Sequence record: PP968062.1
Strand: one strand, 5' to 3'
DNA: 64,000 bases
Shown here piece after piece: positions 48,241 through 57,669 of the stretch (position 1 is its first letter; every line of letters begins with the position of its first letter). The notes beneath the pieces were generated by a model that was given only the letters and a program-made list of their open reading frames with translations, made no database searches and was not told the origin of the DNA. A program made the position numbers and the translations under genes.

Positions 48241-49527
48241 ATGACAATGTACGTGCTTGTACGTTCTAGGTATCGCGCTAGTCGCCGAGGTGGTCGGTGG
48301 CAGGAAGCGGACTTTACAAATGAGCCAGTTACAACACTGGCTGCAAAATATGGGGATGTCTATCTCTACATCGAATATCCAGGCCAAGGCCAACCTGTAA
48401 CTAAAGCACTGCATTGGGTTAATGTTACTAACTGGTTGAATGGTGTTGGACCGGCAGTTACTGTTCAACAGTGGCTGACTTCTTTAGGGAATACCGCTCT
48501 TCCTTTTGATAAGGAACTCCCTAATGAGAAAATTCGTTTGGTGAAGTATGCCCAGGCATGGCACTGTGGCTATAATTTTACCCCGGTTGCTCGTGGTGGA
48601 CACCCTCTTGACCAAGGGAGTGACTTCCATAAGGAAGATCTCCTTATGACTCACCCGAAGCACCAACCGGCAAAGATCCGAGACTACTCGATGATCTCTG
48701 TCAACGGTTACTTCCATCTCTGTGACTATACCACTGCTGGTGTTCGTATTATCGATGGCAATACAACGCTTCGTAAATGTAACGATAACCAGATTGGTGT
48801 ATATAGCTTCGAGACTATCGGTAAGCTTCAGTTCGTACCTATCGTCGACAACATGATCAGTGGACTCAATCCTACTGCTCCTCTGTGGGACGGTGCTTAT
48901 CTTACTATGCCTGCCAATATCGACATCAAGAACAAAACTGTACTACTGGTTACTGGTGGTTATCTGAACGTTCTGTCGAGTGTGTATAACCGTGTTGGTG
49001 AAAGGACCTGGCGAGTACAGTTCGGGAACATGATGTTCTTGGATCGTTATTTGGAATCCTATCACGCTATGGATTTGTCTTCCCTTGGGTTGACTATTGA
49101 TCCAGAGAACCCGACTCTATTCAATGTCGATGAACTTAAAGATAACGAAGTCATTCGCAAGTACCTGACCTTGAGTCAGAGCTTCTTTGTGATCGTTGAT
49201 TCTATTTCGTTCTTCCAAGAGTACGAAGCAATTGAGTATCTCAATCTACCTGGCCGTTATTTTGATAACAAATACGATCGTGCTCCTCTGGTTGGCGCGT
49301 ACGGTAGAATGCTAGATTATCACACCATCAAAGAACCTCATAAGGAGGGTATCTATCCTCAACATGAGAATATGTACGTTTACTGTGCTGTGTTGAACCG
49401 TCGGAATGCTTACGATGCAAATACACGCGCATGGCCTAAACAACAGTCTGTAGATGGTGGTCGTTATCCAGCTCATCCGTATCGCGATGAGACGGCATAT
49501 TACCGTATTCTCGGTGTTGAAGGCTAA
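48241..49527 (+). CDS. Virion structural protein (428 aa)
   Basis: Long ORF between the fibre cluster and the portal; conserved position. Confidence 0.65.
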   Translation: MTMYVLVRSRYRASRRGGRWQEADFTNEPVTTLAAKYGDVYLYIEYPGQGQPVTKALHWVNVTNWLNGVGPAVTVQQWLTSLGNTALPFDKELPNEKIRLVKYAQAWHCGYNFTPVARGGHPLDQGSDFHKEDLLMTHPKHQPAKIRDYSMISVNGYFHLCDYTTAGVRIIDGNTTLRKCNDNQIGVYSFETIGKLQFVPIVDNMISGLNPTAPLWDGAYLTMPANIDIKNKTVLLVTGGYLNVLSSVYNRVGERTWRVQFGNMMFLDRYLESYHAMDLSSLGLTIDPENPTLFNVDELKDNEVIRKYLTLSQSFFVIVDSISFFQEYEAIEYLNLPGRYFDNKYDRAPLVGAYGRMLDYHTIKEPHKEGIYPQHENMYVYCAVLNRRNAYDANTRAWPKQQSVDGGRYPAHPYRDETAYYRILGVEG

Positions 49528-49529
49528 GA

Positions 49530-49566
49530 CAACATATTGCCCGGCTCAAGGCCGGGCTTTATGTCG
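49530..49566. terminator. Bidirectional hairpin, conserved-flank family
   Basis: caacatattgcccggc-tcaag-gccgggctttatgtcg. Confidence 0.8.
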
Positions 49567-52293
49567 TTAGCGGAAGTCAGATGTATCTTCTTCTTCCTCT
49601 TCATCCTTTTCAGCAGCCGCCATCGGATCTTCAAGACCTTCAGGGTTAGGCTTATCTTCAGGATTGACGTCTTCAGAAGGACTATCACTAAAATCCATGT
49701 CGTCTTCTGGGGTATCGGTAGGTGTATCACCAGTGCCGCCATCAACACCCAGATCGGTTTGATCGTCAGGCATATCGGAGAACGAGTCATCTTGTCCACC
49801 GGTATCAGAACTATCGTCACCACCTGCGTTCCAATCACCGCCACCTCCACCACCCATGTCGTCAGCACCTTCAATGGTGGACTTATATTTGGCTTCGAGG
49901 CGTTTCTTGGATTCTTGTTGATGCTTAGCGTAACTAAGGATTGCAGAACCCACAGTTTCCTGTTGTACGTTCAGCCAGTCAAGCAGGCTGAACGCAGGCT
50001 TATCCCCATCCATCTCTGTAAGGACGTTAAGTTCCGGAAGGATATTGTGGGTAGCCATGAACTTACGTTTAAACAGGGCTTTAAGCTGAACCATCACTTG
50101 GTCAGACAGACCGGGAATAGAAGTGAACTCATCAGGGAAGAGCTCGCTAGTGATGTAGTTTTCGAGACCCATAGTCAGCAGTCGATCGTAAGCATCCATC
50201 GATTCAGCTTGACGTTCATGTTGAGTGTTGTCCGGTGCAGGCAGGGATACTTCAATTGCCGTAATGAACTCATCAACTACTTCTTCTACAGTTAGCGGTT
50301 TAAGCTCAGGAGAAGTGAGCATGTCAACATTGTCTTGAACGATCTTGTACATTTGGTTACGCAGGATAGAGCTGTGCGTTACAAACGACTTAACGAACTT
50401 AGATAGGTGTTGGCAGAACGCCTTTTGTTTCTCTTTAACACGACGGGACATTACCAGGTCGTTTTGCACAACAGAGGTAGCGAAGTCAGGAGAAGACATC
50501 GGGTCCACTTTCTCCGGAGGAACGCCCATACCGGAAATGTGCATACGGCGCAGGCGATCCTGAAGATCAGGGTTACCAGCGTTGACGTTAGTATTGTAGT
50601 CGTCGTATTGTACTTTGGTCTCTGCGTAGTCAGCACCGTTAGTGTTGATCTCAAAGTCAAAGCCCGAACGAATCAGGTGATCCATTGCCTGAGTGGGGTC
50701 AGGTGCAGCCAGAGGGAAACTCCGGTGAGCGGATTCCATGATGTTCGATTGAATGTTACTGATCGTTTGTTCCGGGTCAGTATCATCCGGGTCTAGAGTA
50801 ATGCTAACACGTTTACGACCTACTGCGTTACGCATACCACCAATAGCTTCTGCCATCAACAGAGTAGAACGCATGGTTGCGATTACTTTCGAACGAGACA
50901 GCAGGGTTTCACCAATACCGTTTTCGTTATAGTCGAATGCAATATAAACCAGAAGCTCGGCTGGAATGAATACCAGTTGGGTGTGTTTAGCTTTCCAGGA
51001 GCGGTACAACATGATCCGTTGGATTTCTTCAGTCAGACCGATTTCAATCTCTTGGTCATACATGCCGTTACGTAGACGGTTATTTAGATCGTTTACGATA
51101 ATGGCGTTATATGTTTGTTGGATCTCATCCACTTCGAAGTCTTGCTTAGAAGTGTTAGCACCCATTGCTTCCCGAGTAAGACGAAGAACCTCAGAACTGT
51201 TGTCGTTGTTCTTACCACCTTTCCATCCCGATTGGAGTTCGCCGTAGAAGTCACGTGTCGAATCCTTAGAGAGAGGGTAGCCATGTTGGTCGACTAGGAG
51301 GAAATAACCGATGTGTTCATGAGGTCGCCCTTGAATGAATACCGGAACAATAGACTCCATTGGCAAAGGCAGAGTCAGCGGATGACCTACCGATGGACGG
51401 TTCATGTACTTAGGCGAAGTAATTACCTGAGTGTGTTCAGTACCACCCAGACGATTTTGATACAGTTGTTCAATCTCTGCGTTACCGAACTTGTGGACAG
51501 CATTCTCCATAGAGATCTGATTACCACGAAGCTTACGAGCAATGTTCATTTCACGAACACGCTGAGACATAGACGGGACTTTGAGGATATTGAAATTGTC
51601 GGTTACAGTGAGTAGCTTGTCACCGCGAATACGGTTAACAGAAGCATTATCATGGTAACCTTCCAGAGAGATATTGTTCTTCTCAGGATGACCTAAGAAA
51701 CCAAGGTTTTCAGTCGTGGTGTTTTGGACACGATCTCTAATAGAAGAAAAGGTTTCCATCGACACCTGACGACGACCATTGATAAGGTTATCTAGAACGT
51801 TCTCTGGGAGAACTGCAAGAATCGAAGCCCCTTTACGGAACAAGCAATCCCGAAGGATCAGGTCCAGGCGGTCGTTAATCTTATAGTCTCGTTTAAAGTA
51901 CGTTTCAACTGGCTCTAACAATAGCTTAGAAATTTCACTATCAAAGATAGCTGGGTCGATAGCAAATGTAAGGTCCGTATCCGAAAGTGCTTTAGGATCG
52001 ATGATACTACCGACATATACAGTTTCTACCAGCTCTAAGTCTGGCAGCAATTGCATAATAGAGTCGGAGTCAACGATCTCTTGCAAAGTATCACGCGACA
52101 CCTTATCTAATGTGAAACGGTTTACGTTCACACGAGGCTTAGCTGCTTCGCTGCCAATTGCGTTCGGGTCCTTACGCAACAGGTTGAGGAGGGCGTTAGT
52201 CGGAGTTGCTTTCGATCCTAGTCGGAGCGTTTGCAACTTTGGGTACGCTACCTCATTCGTTTGTCGAGCCATTTGAAGCTCCTCGTTTAACAA
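49567..52293 (-). CDS. Portal protein (phiKZ gp129-like, 908 aa)
   Basis: Size and position; DCLFRKGA, YIAFDYNENGIGETLL; SME/SLE candidate processing sites; long acidic G/D/P tail. Confidence 0.75.
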   Translation of the reverse strand: MLNEELQMARQTNEVAYPKLQTLRLGSKATPTNALLNLLRKDPNAIGSEAAKPRVNVNRFTLDKVSRDTLQEIVDSDSIMQLLPDLELVETVYVGSIIDPKALSDTDLTFAIDPAIFDSEISKLLLEPVETYFKRDYKINDRLDLILRDCLFRKGASILAVLPENVLDNLINGRRQVSMETFSSIRDRVQNTTTENLGFLGHPEKNNISLEGYHDNASVNRIRGDKLLTVTDNFNILKVPSMSQRVREMNIARKLRGNQISMENAVHKFGNAEIEQLYQNRLGGTEHTQVITSPKYMNRPSVGHPLTLPLPMESIVPVFIQGRPHEHIGYFLLVDQHGYPLSKDSTRDFYGELQSGWKGGKNNDNSSEVLRLTREAMGANTSKQDFEVDEIQQTYNAIIVNDLNNRLRNGMYDQEIEIGLTEEIQRIMLYRSWKAKHTQLVFIPAELLVYIAFDYNENGIGETLLSRSKVIATMRSTLLMAEAIGGMRNAVGRKRVSITLDPDDTDPEQTISNIQSNIMESAHRSFPLAAPDPTQAMDHLIRSGFDFEINTNGADYAETKVQYDDYNTNVNAGNPDLQDRLRRMHISGMGVPPEKVDPMSSPDFATSVVQNDLVMSRRVKEKQKAFCQHLSKFVKSFVTHSSILRNQMYKIVQDNVDMLTSPELKPLTVEEVVDEFITAIEVSLPAPDNTQHERQAESMDAYDRLLTMGLENYITSELFPDEFTSIPGLSDQVMVQLKALFKRKFMATHNILPELNVLTEMDGDKPAFSLLDWLNVQQETVGSAILSYAKHQQESKKRLEAKYKSTIEGADDMGGGGGGDWNAGGDDSSDTGGQDDSFSDMPDDQTDLGVDGGTGDTPTDTPEDDMDFSDSPSEDVNPEDKPNPEGLEDPMAAAEKDEEEEEDTSDFR

Positions 52294-52307
52294 GTGAGTA
52301 AATTACC

Positions 52308-54476
52308 ATGAGTAGCATGTATTTTGGAGTTTACCGTGACGATGTCATGCGACTAGCAAGGTCGGTGATTATCAAGTTTTCTGAAATCGCGAATCAGATT
52401 AATTCCCGGCTTAAAGAAGTCGGTCACGAAGCTGATCCAGCACGACCGGAAACTTGGAAATATTACAAGAACCTTGCTGGTGAATATCATGAAACAGATG
52501 TCATGATGACCGTGCGTTCCGCGGATACTCTTGAAATAATCGATTTCACAAAAGAAAATCTGGCGCTTCACCGCGCTACTGCGCGAGAGTATATTCCGGG
52601 TAGCGTTCTGTATAACAGTCTCGTAAGACAGTTCCCAGAACAGGCCGGTTTGATCACCGGAATCCTATATCCAATTGACATCCAAACGGCAATAGATTCA
52701 AATGATGGGGATATTTTGTACTTTGATCCGAAGTATGTGGAGGATAACGAATACTCGTTCTTCCATCAACTACAATCGTGGGTCAACGTATTTATCACCC
52801 GGTGGTATAACGCTCAGTTTAACTTGACTGACGATCTATACCTTGCAAACTTCCTTGGGCACCTTTATACAAGGTTGCCTGTAGCGATTATGTTGATTCG
52901 TCTACGTAATGCCAAGACTAATGAAGCACACAGTTATCACGTAACCGAGTATCTCGCCTCGCACCAAGGCTTGGATGAATTCATTCCTTATCTCTCTCTG
53001 GAGCAACGCTTGTGGCTCTACCGGAACATTGCCTTCCTGGAACGTAACGCCGGTAAGAAAGAGATTTGGCAACGGCTGGTTAAGAATATTCTGACTCCCC
53101 GCGGTATTCCGCTTATTAGCTTCACCATTGAGCAGAACAGTTCCAAGATGCCTGAACAACATCGACCATCCGTGGACATGGTTAAGCACGACGTTAACTT
53201 CCCGATCGTTCAAGAAGGCCAAGAGACCACTACGGTAGCTGACGTACTGGAACGTGAAGACGATCTAGCCCGTGAGAACCCGTTAGTACGCTTTGATGCT
53301 GAACAAGAGATCACTGATAAGATGGGCTCTGATCAGTACAGTTGGCTTCGTACTAAAGTGCTGGACTCTGAGGTCATTGACCGTTCGAATAGTTCTGTAC
53401 GTTCTCTCATGAGCGTTCTACTTAATGAGTGGTTGCATCTGGCTTCTAGCGACAAATATCGTGCTTATGTTCAGATCCCTAACCCAAGGACCGGCGAGTT
53501 CATGACCATGACTGTAAAGGATGCGTTCATCGTAATGCTTTACACTTATGCCAAAGCTCGTGATATCCCAACGGATAACATTCCTAGTCTTGTGGCCTAT
53601 GAGGTTCTTCGTGACAAGCTTCCGACGTTTGCTGAACTACGTCCTGCTGTAGATAAACGGATCGTTAAAGATAAGTTGATCACAGCTGTACAGGATATGG
53701 TTACTCCGATGGGTAACTATATCTCTACCGAACAGTTCTACTTGGATTGCGTGCGGTTGCATAAGGAATACCTATTGCAATGGGAGATGTATTCGTTCCA
53801 AGAACACCCAGCTGGACGTTCCTATTGCGAGCAACTGGTTAAGTTCCATTACATGCACCGGATGTGTAAATTAGCTCCTCCGAATACTAAGTTCGAAGAC
53901 TACTTCAAGAAGGCGTCGTTTGATATTCTTAATCTGAATAAGACCGAAGCTGAACAAATGTGCATGGACTGTATCAACATTGCAACTGGTTCTAACTTGG
54001 TACGTGTGATTACTCTGGGTGAGGTTCAACGTGAGCTGCTTCGTCTGATGGGTCGTCTGTCCAGCTATCCGCTTCAGTATTTACGTAATGTTAGCTTCAC
54101 TGATTTCCATATCCTCGGTATGGTTGTGCCGCGCGTAGGCGATATCAGTGTAGACGCAGCCGGTAACTATATTTGTAACGTTGCTGTACAGAACGTTAAA
54201 GCTTATCGCACTCAGGCCGGACATACTTACCGCATTGTGGATGACTCGACATCACCGTATGTTGATTATGTTTATTCTCAGTACGACAAGTTCTGGATAA
54301 ATCCATTTGTAGAAGTACGTGATCTCAGTTATGCTAATGCTCACTACTATATCCCTGTTAACGGTGTAAACGTTTCGAACGTGGTTATCGAAACCATTGA
54401 CAATCCGAATACCACTGGTGATCTGGATAACTACAAGAACTCCACTGATCCAGCTTGGCCCAAACTTAAGGAGTAA
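52308..54476 (+). CDS. Baseplate or virion structural protein (722 aa)
   Basis: WKYYKNLAGEYH motif; divergent from the portal as in phiKZ-like genomes. Confidence 0.7.
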   Translation: MSSMYFGVYRDDVMRLARSVIIKFSEIANQINSRLKEVGHEADPARPETWKYYKNLAGEYHETDVMMTVRSADTLEIIDFTKENLALHRATAREYIPGSVLYNSLVRQFPEQAGLITGILYPIDIQTAIDSNDGDILYFDPKYVEDNEYSFFHQLQSWVNVFITRWYNAQFNLTDDLYLANFLGHLYTRLPVAIMLIRLRNAKTNEAHSYHVTEYLASHQGLDEFIPYLSLEQRLWLYRNIAFLERNAGKKEIWQRLVKNILTPRGIPLISFTIEQNSSKMPEQHRPSVDMVKHDVNFPIVQEGQETTTVADVLEREDDLARENPLVRFDAEQEITDKMGSDQYSWLRTKVLDSEVIDRSNSSVRSLMSVLLNEWLHLASSDKYRAYVQIPNPRTGEFMTMTVKDAFIVMLYTYAKARDIPTDNIPSLVAYEVLRDKLPTFAELRPAVDKRIVKDKLITAVQDMVTPMGNYISTEQFYLDCVRLHKEYLLQWEMYSFQEHPAGRSYCEQLVKFHYMHRMCKLAPPNTKFEDYFKKASFDILNLNKTEAEQMCMDCINIATGSNLVRVITLGEVQRELLRLMGRLSSYPLQYLRNVSFTDFHILGMVVPRVGDISVDAAGNYICNVAVQNVKAYRTQAGHTYRIVDDSTSPYVDYVYSQYDKFWINPFVEVRDLSYANAHYYIPVNGVNVSNVVIETIDNPNTTGDLDNYKNSTDPAWPKLKE

Positions 54477-54478
54477 TC

Positions 54479-55357
54479 ATGTACATCACGAGAGACTACC
54501 TCCAGTCTACTCCTTGGACATCCATCATTGACATGATTAATGATGCTTGTTTTACCCAGCTGTTTCCGGGTAGTACCAAGCTTGAGAAGTTCGAACCTTT
54601 GAATGGGACCAAGACTCGTATTGTCATTAGTGTTAATCGCAGTGAGGCTCCCGGCAATCTGTTGCCGGAAGTCCCGCTCGATACTTATACGTACGATAGA
54701 CTGGATCTAACTACGTTCTTCCGTCAAACTCAAGTTCTGGATATTTCCGGGATTGATGTTCCATTCTCCTCGATGGATATCGTAGAGAAGCTATCGGAGT
54801 TGAACAACATTGTTTTTGATGTGGATGACTTCGAACACACTGAGTATAATGTCTTCAATCAAGAGTTCATTCTACGGGCTAACAAAGAGTCTCTACGTTT
54901 CGTGGGGTTCTTAAGAGTACGTCTTATCAATACAATCCGTGTTGATCTTTCTGTACAATCCAAGGTTGAATTCCCTACCGTAGGTAAACCAGACAACGTT
55001 ACTGCTGGTGACGTTACTCTAATCAATGGGACCTACTACATCACTGGTTATGACTTCTCTGCACATAGAGAATACCTACGTCATCAGACTAAGGCTGGTA
55101 CACATCCAGATCCTAAGAAGATGGCAGCTATTCTCGCTGAGGTGACGAAGAAGCCTTGGACTGCGGTAAAGACACCAGCTTCGCACAACATCGCTTATAC
55201 AGAAGAATTCGGGGTATTAAAGTATCGCGTCATTTATAACGGTGTCGTACTTCCACGCTTCACTAAGCGGACTGATATTCAAAACGTTCTAGTCATCGAA
55301 CTGCACAAGACTCTGTGTCAAGATGTGGTTGGTGAAATTCGTATTCACTATAACTAG
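54479..55357 (+). CDS. Virion structural protein (292 aa)
   Basis: YTYDRLDL motif family. Confidence 0.7.
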   Translation: MYITRDYLQSTPWTSIIDMINDACFTQLFPGSTKLEKFEPLNGTKTRIVISVNRSEAPGNLLPEVPLDTYTYDRLDLTTFFRQTQVLDISGIDVPFSSMDIVEKLSELNNIVFDVDDFEHTEYNVFNQEFILRANKESLRFVGFLRVRLINTIRVDLSVQSKVEFPTVGKPDNVTAGDVTLINGTYYITGYDFSAHREYLRHQTKAGTHPDPKKMAAILAEVTKKPWTAVKTPASHNIAYTEEFGVLKYRVIYNGVVLPRFTKRTDIQNVLVIELHKTLCQDVVGEIRIHYN

Positions 55358-55365
55358 GAGTGATT

Positions 55366-55794
55366 ATGCACGTATCAAACATGCGGGTTAAACTACTCCA
55401 GCAGTTTAGTCTACAGAACAAACTAGAACCCGCGATTCGACCTGAAGATGTTATCTGGACAAACATTGAAATCTGGTTAGAGAATGGTAATAACTCAAGA
55501 GCTACCATTCAAGCTCTGGCAAGTAGTAATCATTTCAAAGGACAGCGTACTATCAATTTCAATCGATACAGAATCGAAGAAGCATTGCGTGGCGTTGTTA
55601 TTCCCGGAAAACGTTCTGACTACTCGACTATCCACGATGTAGTTAAAGTACTGCGGGATAAGGTTACTGCACCAGTAGATACCGAAGAATTCCTTGATGG
55701 TCCTCTTGTTGGTAACACGGTTATTCTGAAGCCGACTATTCGCTCCATGGCGTACATTCCTACGTCGCAGATCGAACTAAGCTTCGCTGAATAA
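55366..55794 (+). CDS. Virion structural protein (142 aa)
   Basis: SD aggag; FNRYRI variant of the same domain. Confidence 0.65.
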   Translation: MHVSNMRVKLLQQFSLQNKLEPAIRPEDVIWTNIEIWLENGNNSRATIQALASSNHFKGQRTINFNRYRIEEALRGVVIPGKRSDYSTIHDVVKVLRDKVTAPVDTEEFLDGPLVGNTVILKPTIRSMAYIPTSQIELSFAE

Positions 55795-55815
55795 AAAAAA
55801 AAAATAAAAGCAGCT

Positions 55816-55845
55816 GCCCTCTCCCGAAGGAGAGGGCTTATGCCG
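55816..55845. terminator. Bidirectional hairpin, conserved-flank family
   Basis: gccctctcc-cgaa-ggagagggcttatgccg preceded by a long A tract. Confidence 0.75.
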
Positions 55846-55871
55846 TTATTGCCTTTGTTCAATGATAGTCT

Positions 55872-56573
55872 TTACACGAGCGCCACGAAAGTACCGTCTT
55901 TGAAACCGACCTTACACTTAGCTTCATCGTACCACACGTCCACACCCATACGAGCGAGACCTTCGATAACGTACTTGTCGTAGTTACCTTTACCGCGCAT
56001 CACCGACTTCAGTTGGCGGGTCAACATGGTGTGGTTTGTAGACATGAACATACCCGGAACATCCAAGTCTTTCACACGCAGGTTACGCGGCAGCAGAGAC
56101 TCCATGGTGATGTTCAGGAGTTCCATGCGACGCAGGTCTTCGCGGAGAGCGCGGACGTTGTACACCATGGCCAGGCGAATGTCACCGCCGTTGCGGAGAT
56201 GTTCTTCGGTCAGGTGAGGTAGAGTTGCAGTGGGATCGACCAGAAGAGCACGTTCACCGGTGGTGTGTACTACAGGATCGAGGTAGGGATTGTGAACAAC
56301 GTATTCGCCATTGACCCAGCGATACAGATCCAGCGTGGAGGTAACCTTATAAATCATTTCCGGATCACCGCGCAGGGGCAGGTCGTCTACGGACAGTACG
56401 TCGATGGTCATGCTCTCTCCTTTAGCTTTCTGAAGTACAACCGGTTCATCGGCGACGTCGATGATAGTATCGAAGAAATCCGGAGATTGTTCTTCGTCAC
56501 GCAGAGCATTGCCAAATAGCTGGCGATGGGACGGAACGAAGATGGATTTAACAGCGTCGATTACTTGGTTCAT
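55872..56573 (-). CDS. Hypothetical early protein (233 aa)
   Basis: SD aagga; strong codon bias; follows a TATATCAC motif. Confidence 0.75.
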   Translation of the reverse strand: MNQVIDAVKSIFVPSHRQLFGNALRDEEQSPDFFDTIIDVADEPVVLQKAKGESMTIDVLSVDDLPLRGDPEMIYKVTSTLDLYRWVNGEYVVHNPYLDPVVHTTGERALLVDPTATLPHLTEEHLRNGGDIRLAMVYNVRALREDLRRMELLNITMESLLPRNLRVKDLDVPGMFMSTNHTMLTRQLKSVMRGKGNYDKYVIEGLARMGVDVWYDEAKCKVGFKDGTFVALV

Positions 56574-56601
56574 TTTGCAATTTCCTTTTGATTAGGGGAG
56601 T

Positions 56602-56621
56602 TATATCACCTCTGTGATATA
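56602..56621 (-). promoter_or_regulatory. Early promoter variant TATATCAC, part of an inverted repeat
   Basis: tatatcac-ctct-gtgatata; one mismatch to TATATTAC; AT-rich upstream on the - strand. Confidence 0.55.
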
Positions 56622-56625
56622 GGCT

Positions 56626-57165
56626 TTATTTATCTTTAAATACAGGGTTATCGAAATCGTCTTTATAGAGGATGTCGAAACCCACGATATCAGCCACGTG
56701 CTCACGCTCATTCAACTGGTAACGGAAACCAATAGTCAGAGGCAGGAGATCGTACAGGTCGTTCATATCACGTGCCAGGGGACCAGCCGAGGTAATATCC
56801 AGGATCAGTGCGTTTGAGACGTCGATGCCATTACCTTGTCGGATATGCCAGTTATCGAGAGTGGCACATACGCGATTAGCATCAACAACCAGTGCACGGA
56901 GGATCATGTTTTCTGGGGAAGACACTGCTACCTTCGGATGACCCAGTTCAATACCAGACAACAGGAGTTCATTCTTCTTAACGAAGGACGAGTTCTCCCA
57001 GAGGTACAGCTGGCTCAACGTTCGAGCATGTTCTACAACCGCTTCAACACGTCCTTTACCCAATTGAGCCATGTCACGACGAAGACCTTCAACCATGCGC
57101 TGGCGCATCTCTTCAAAAGAGATAGTTACACGAAACTTTGCACTCGGAAGTTTTTCGAATTTCAT
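56626..57165 (-). CDS. Prohead-protease paralog lacking the catalytic Ser (179 aa)
   Basis: IELGHP, VDANRVCA, SAGPL, IGFRY, VGFDIL align in order with 1..684. Confidence 0.75.
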   Translation of the reverse strand: MKFEKLPSAKFRVTISFEEMRQRMVEGLRRDMAQLGKGRVEAVVEHARTLSQLYLWENSSFVKKNELLLSGIELGHPKVAVSSPENMILRALVVDANRVCATLDNWHIRQGNGIDVSNALILDITSAGPLARDMNDLYDLLPLTIGFRYQLNEREHVADIVGFDILYKDDFDNPVFKDK

Positions 57166-57181
57166 TTCATTCTCCTAGAGG

Positions 57182-57210
57182 GACATAAAGCCCCTCTAAT
57201 GAGGGGCTAA
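57182..57210 (-). terminator. Hairpin, conserved-flank family
   Basis: gacataaagcccctc-taat-gaggggcta. Confidence 0.65.
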
Positions 57211-57213
57211 TTA

Positions 57214-57624
57214 TCAATCGGACAATATATCGAACGTGATGATTTCTTTCAGGATACCATCTACGTTCTTAAGGCCACGGACACCCAGACGCATTGGGAT
57301 ACCATTTTTGATCATCGCGCGTATCCGATCATGGAACGGACCGAATGGACGGATATACACATTGAAGCCGATGAGTTTAGCCTTTTCGTGTACTGGATCA
57401 ATACCGATTACTAAAGCGGCACCGTTATTGCAATTAATAGACGTGGCTCGTTTGTAATCTGTTTCGGTGTTGCCTGTCAGTTTCGGATGTCCGTACTCAC
57501 AAGCAATAGTACCATCGCGTACAGCGTTACTGAACTTAGAGCTTTCGTAATCTGTACGCATGTATTCGGGGAGGCGATTCAAAGCGATGAACTCTGTACC
57601 TACTCCATTGTCAAATGACAGCAT
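57214..57624 (-). CDS. Prohead-protease paralog lacking the catalytic Ser (136 aa)
   Basis: CEYGHP, IRPFGPF, LGVRG, IITFDIL; SD gaggag. Confidence 0.75.
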   Translation of the reverse strand: MLSFDNGVGTEFIALNRLPEYMRTDYESSKFSNAVRDGTIACEYGHPKLTGNTETDYKRATSINCNNGAALVIGIDPVHEKAKLIGFNVYIRPFGPFHDRIRAMIKNGIPMRLGVRGLKNVDGILKEIITFDILSD

Positions 57625-57637
57625 GTACTGCTCCTCT

Positions 57638-57669
57638 AAAGAAGCCCCTCCGAAGAGGGGCCTTTATGT
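57638..57669 (-). terminator. Hairpin, conserved-flank family
   Basis: gcccctc-cgaa-gagggg followed by cctttatg. Confidence 0.65.
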
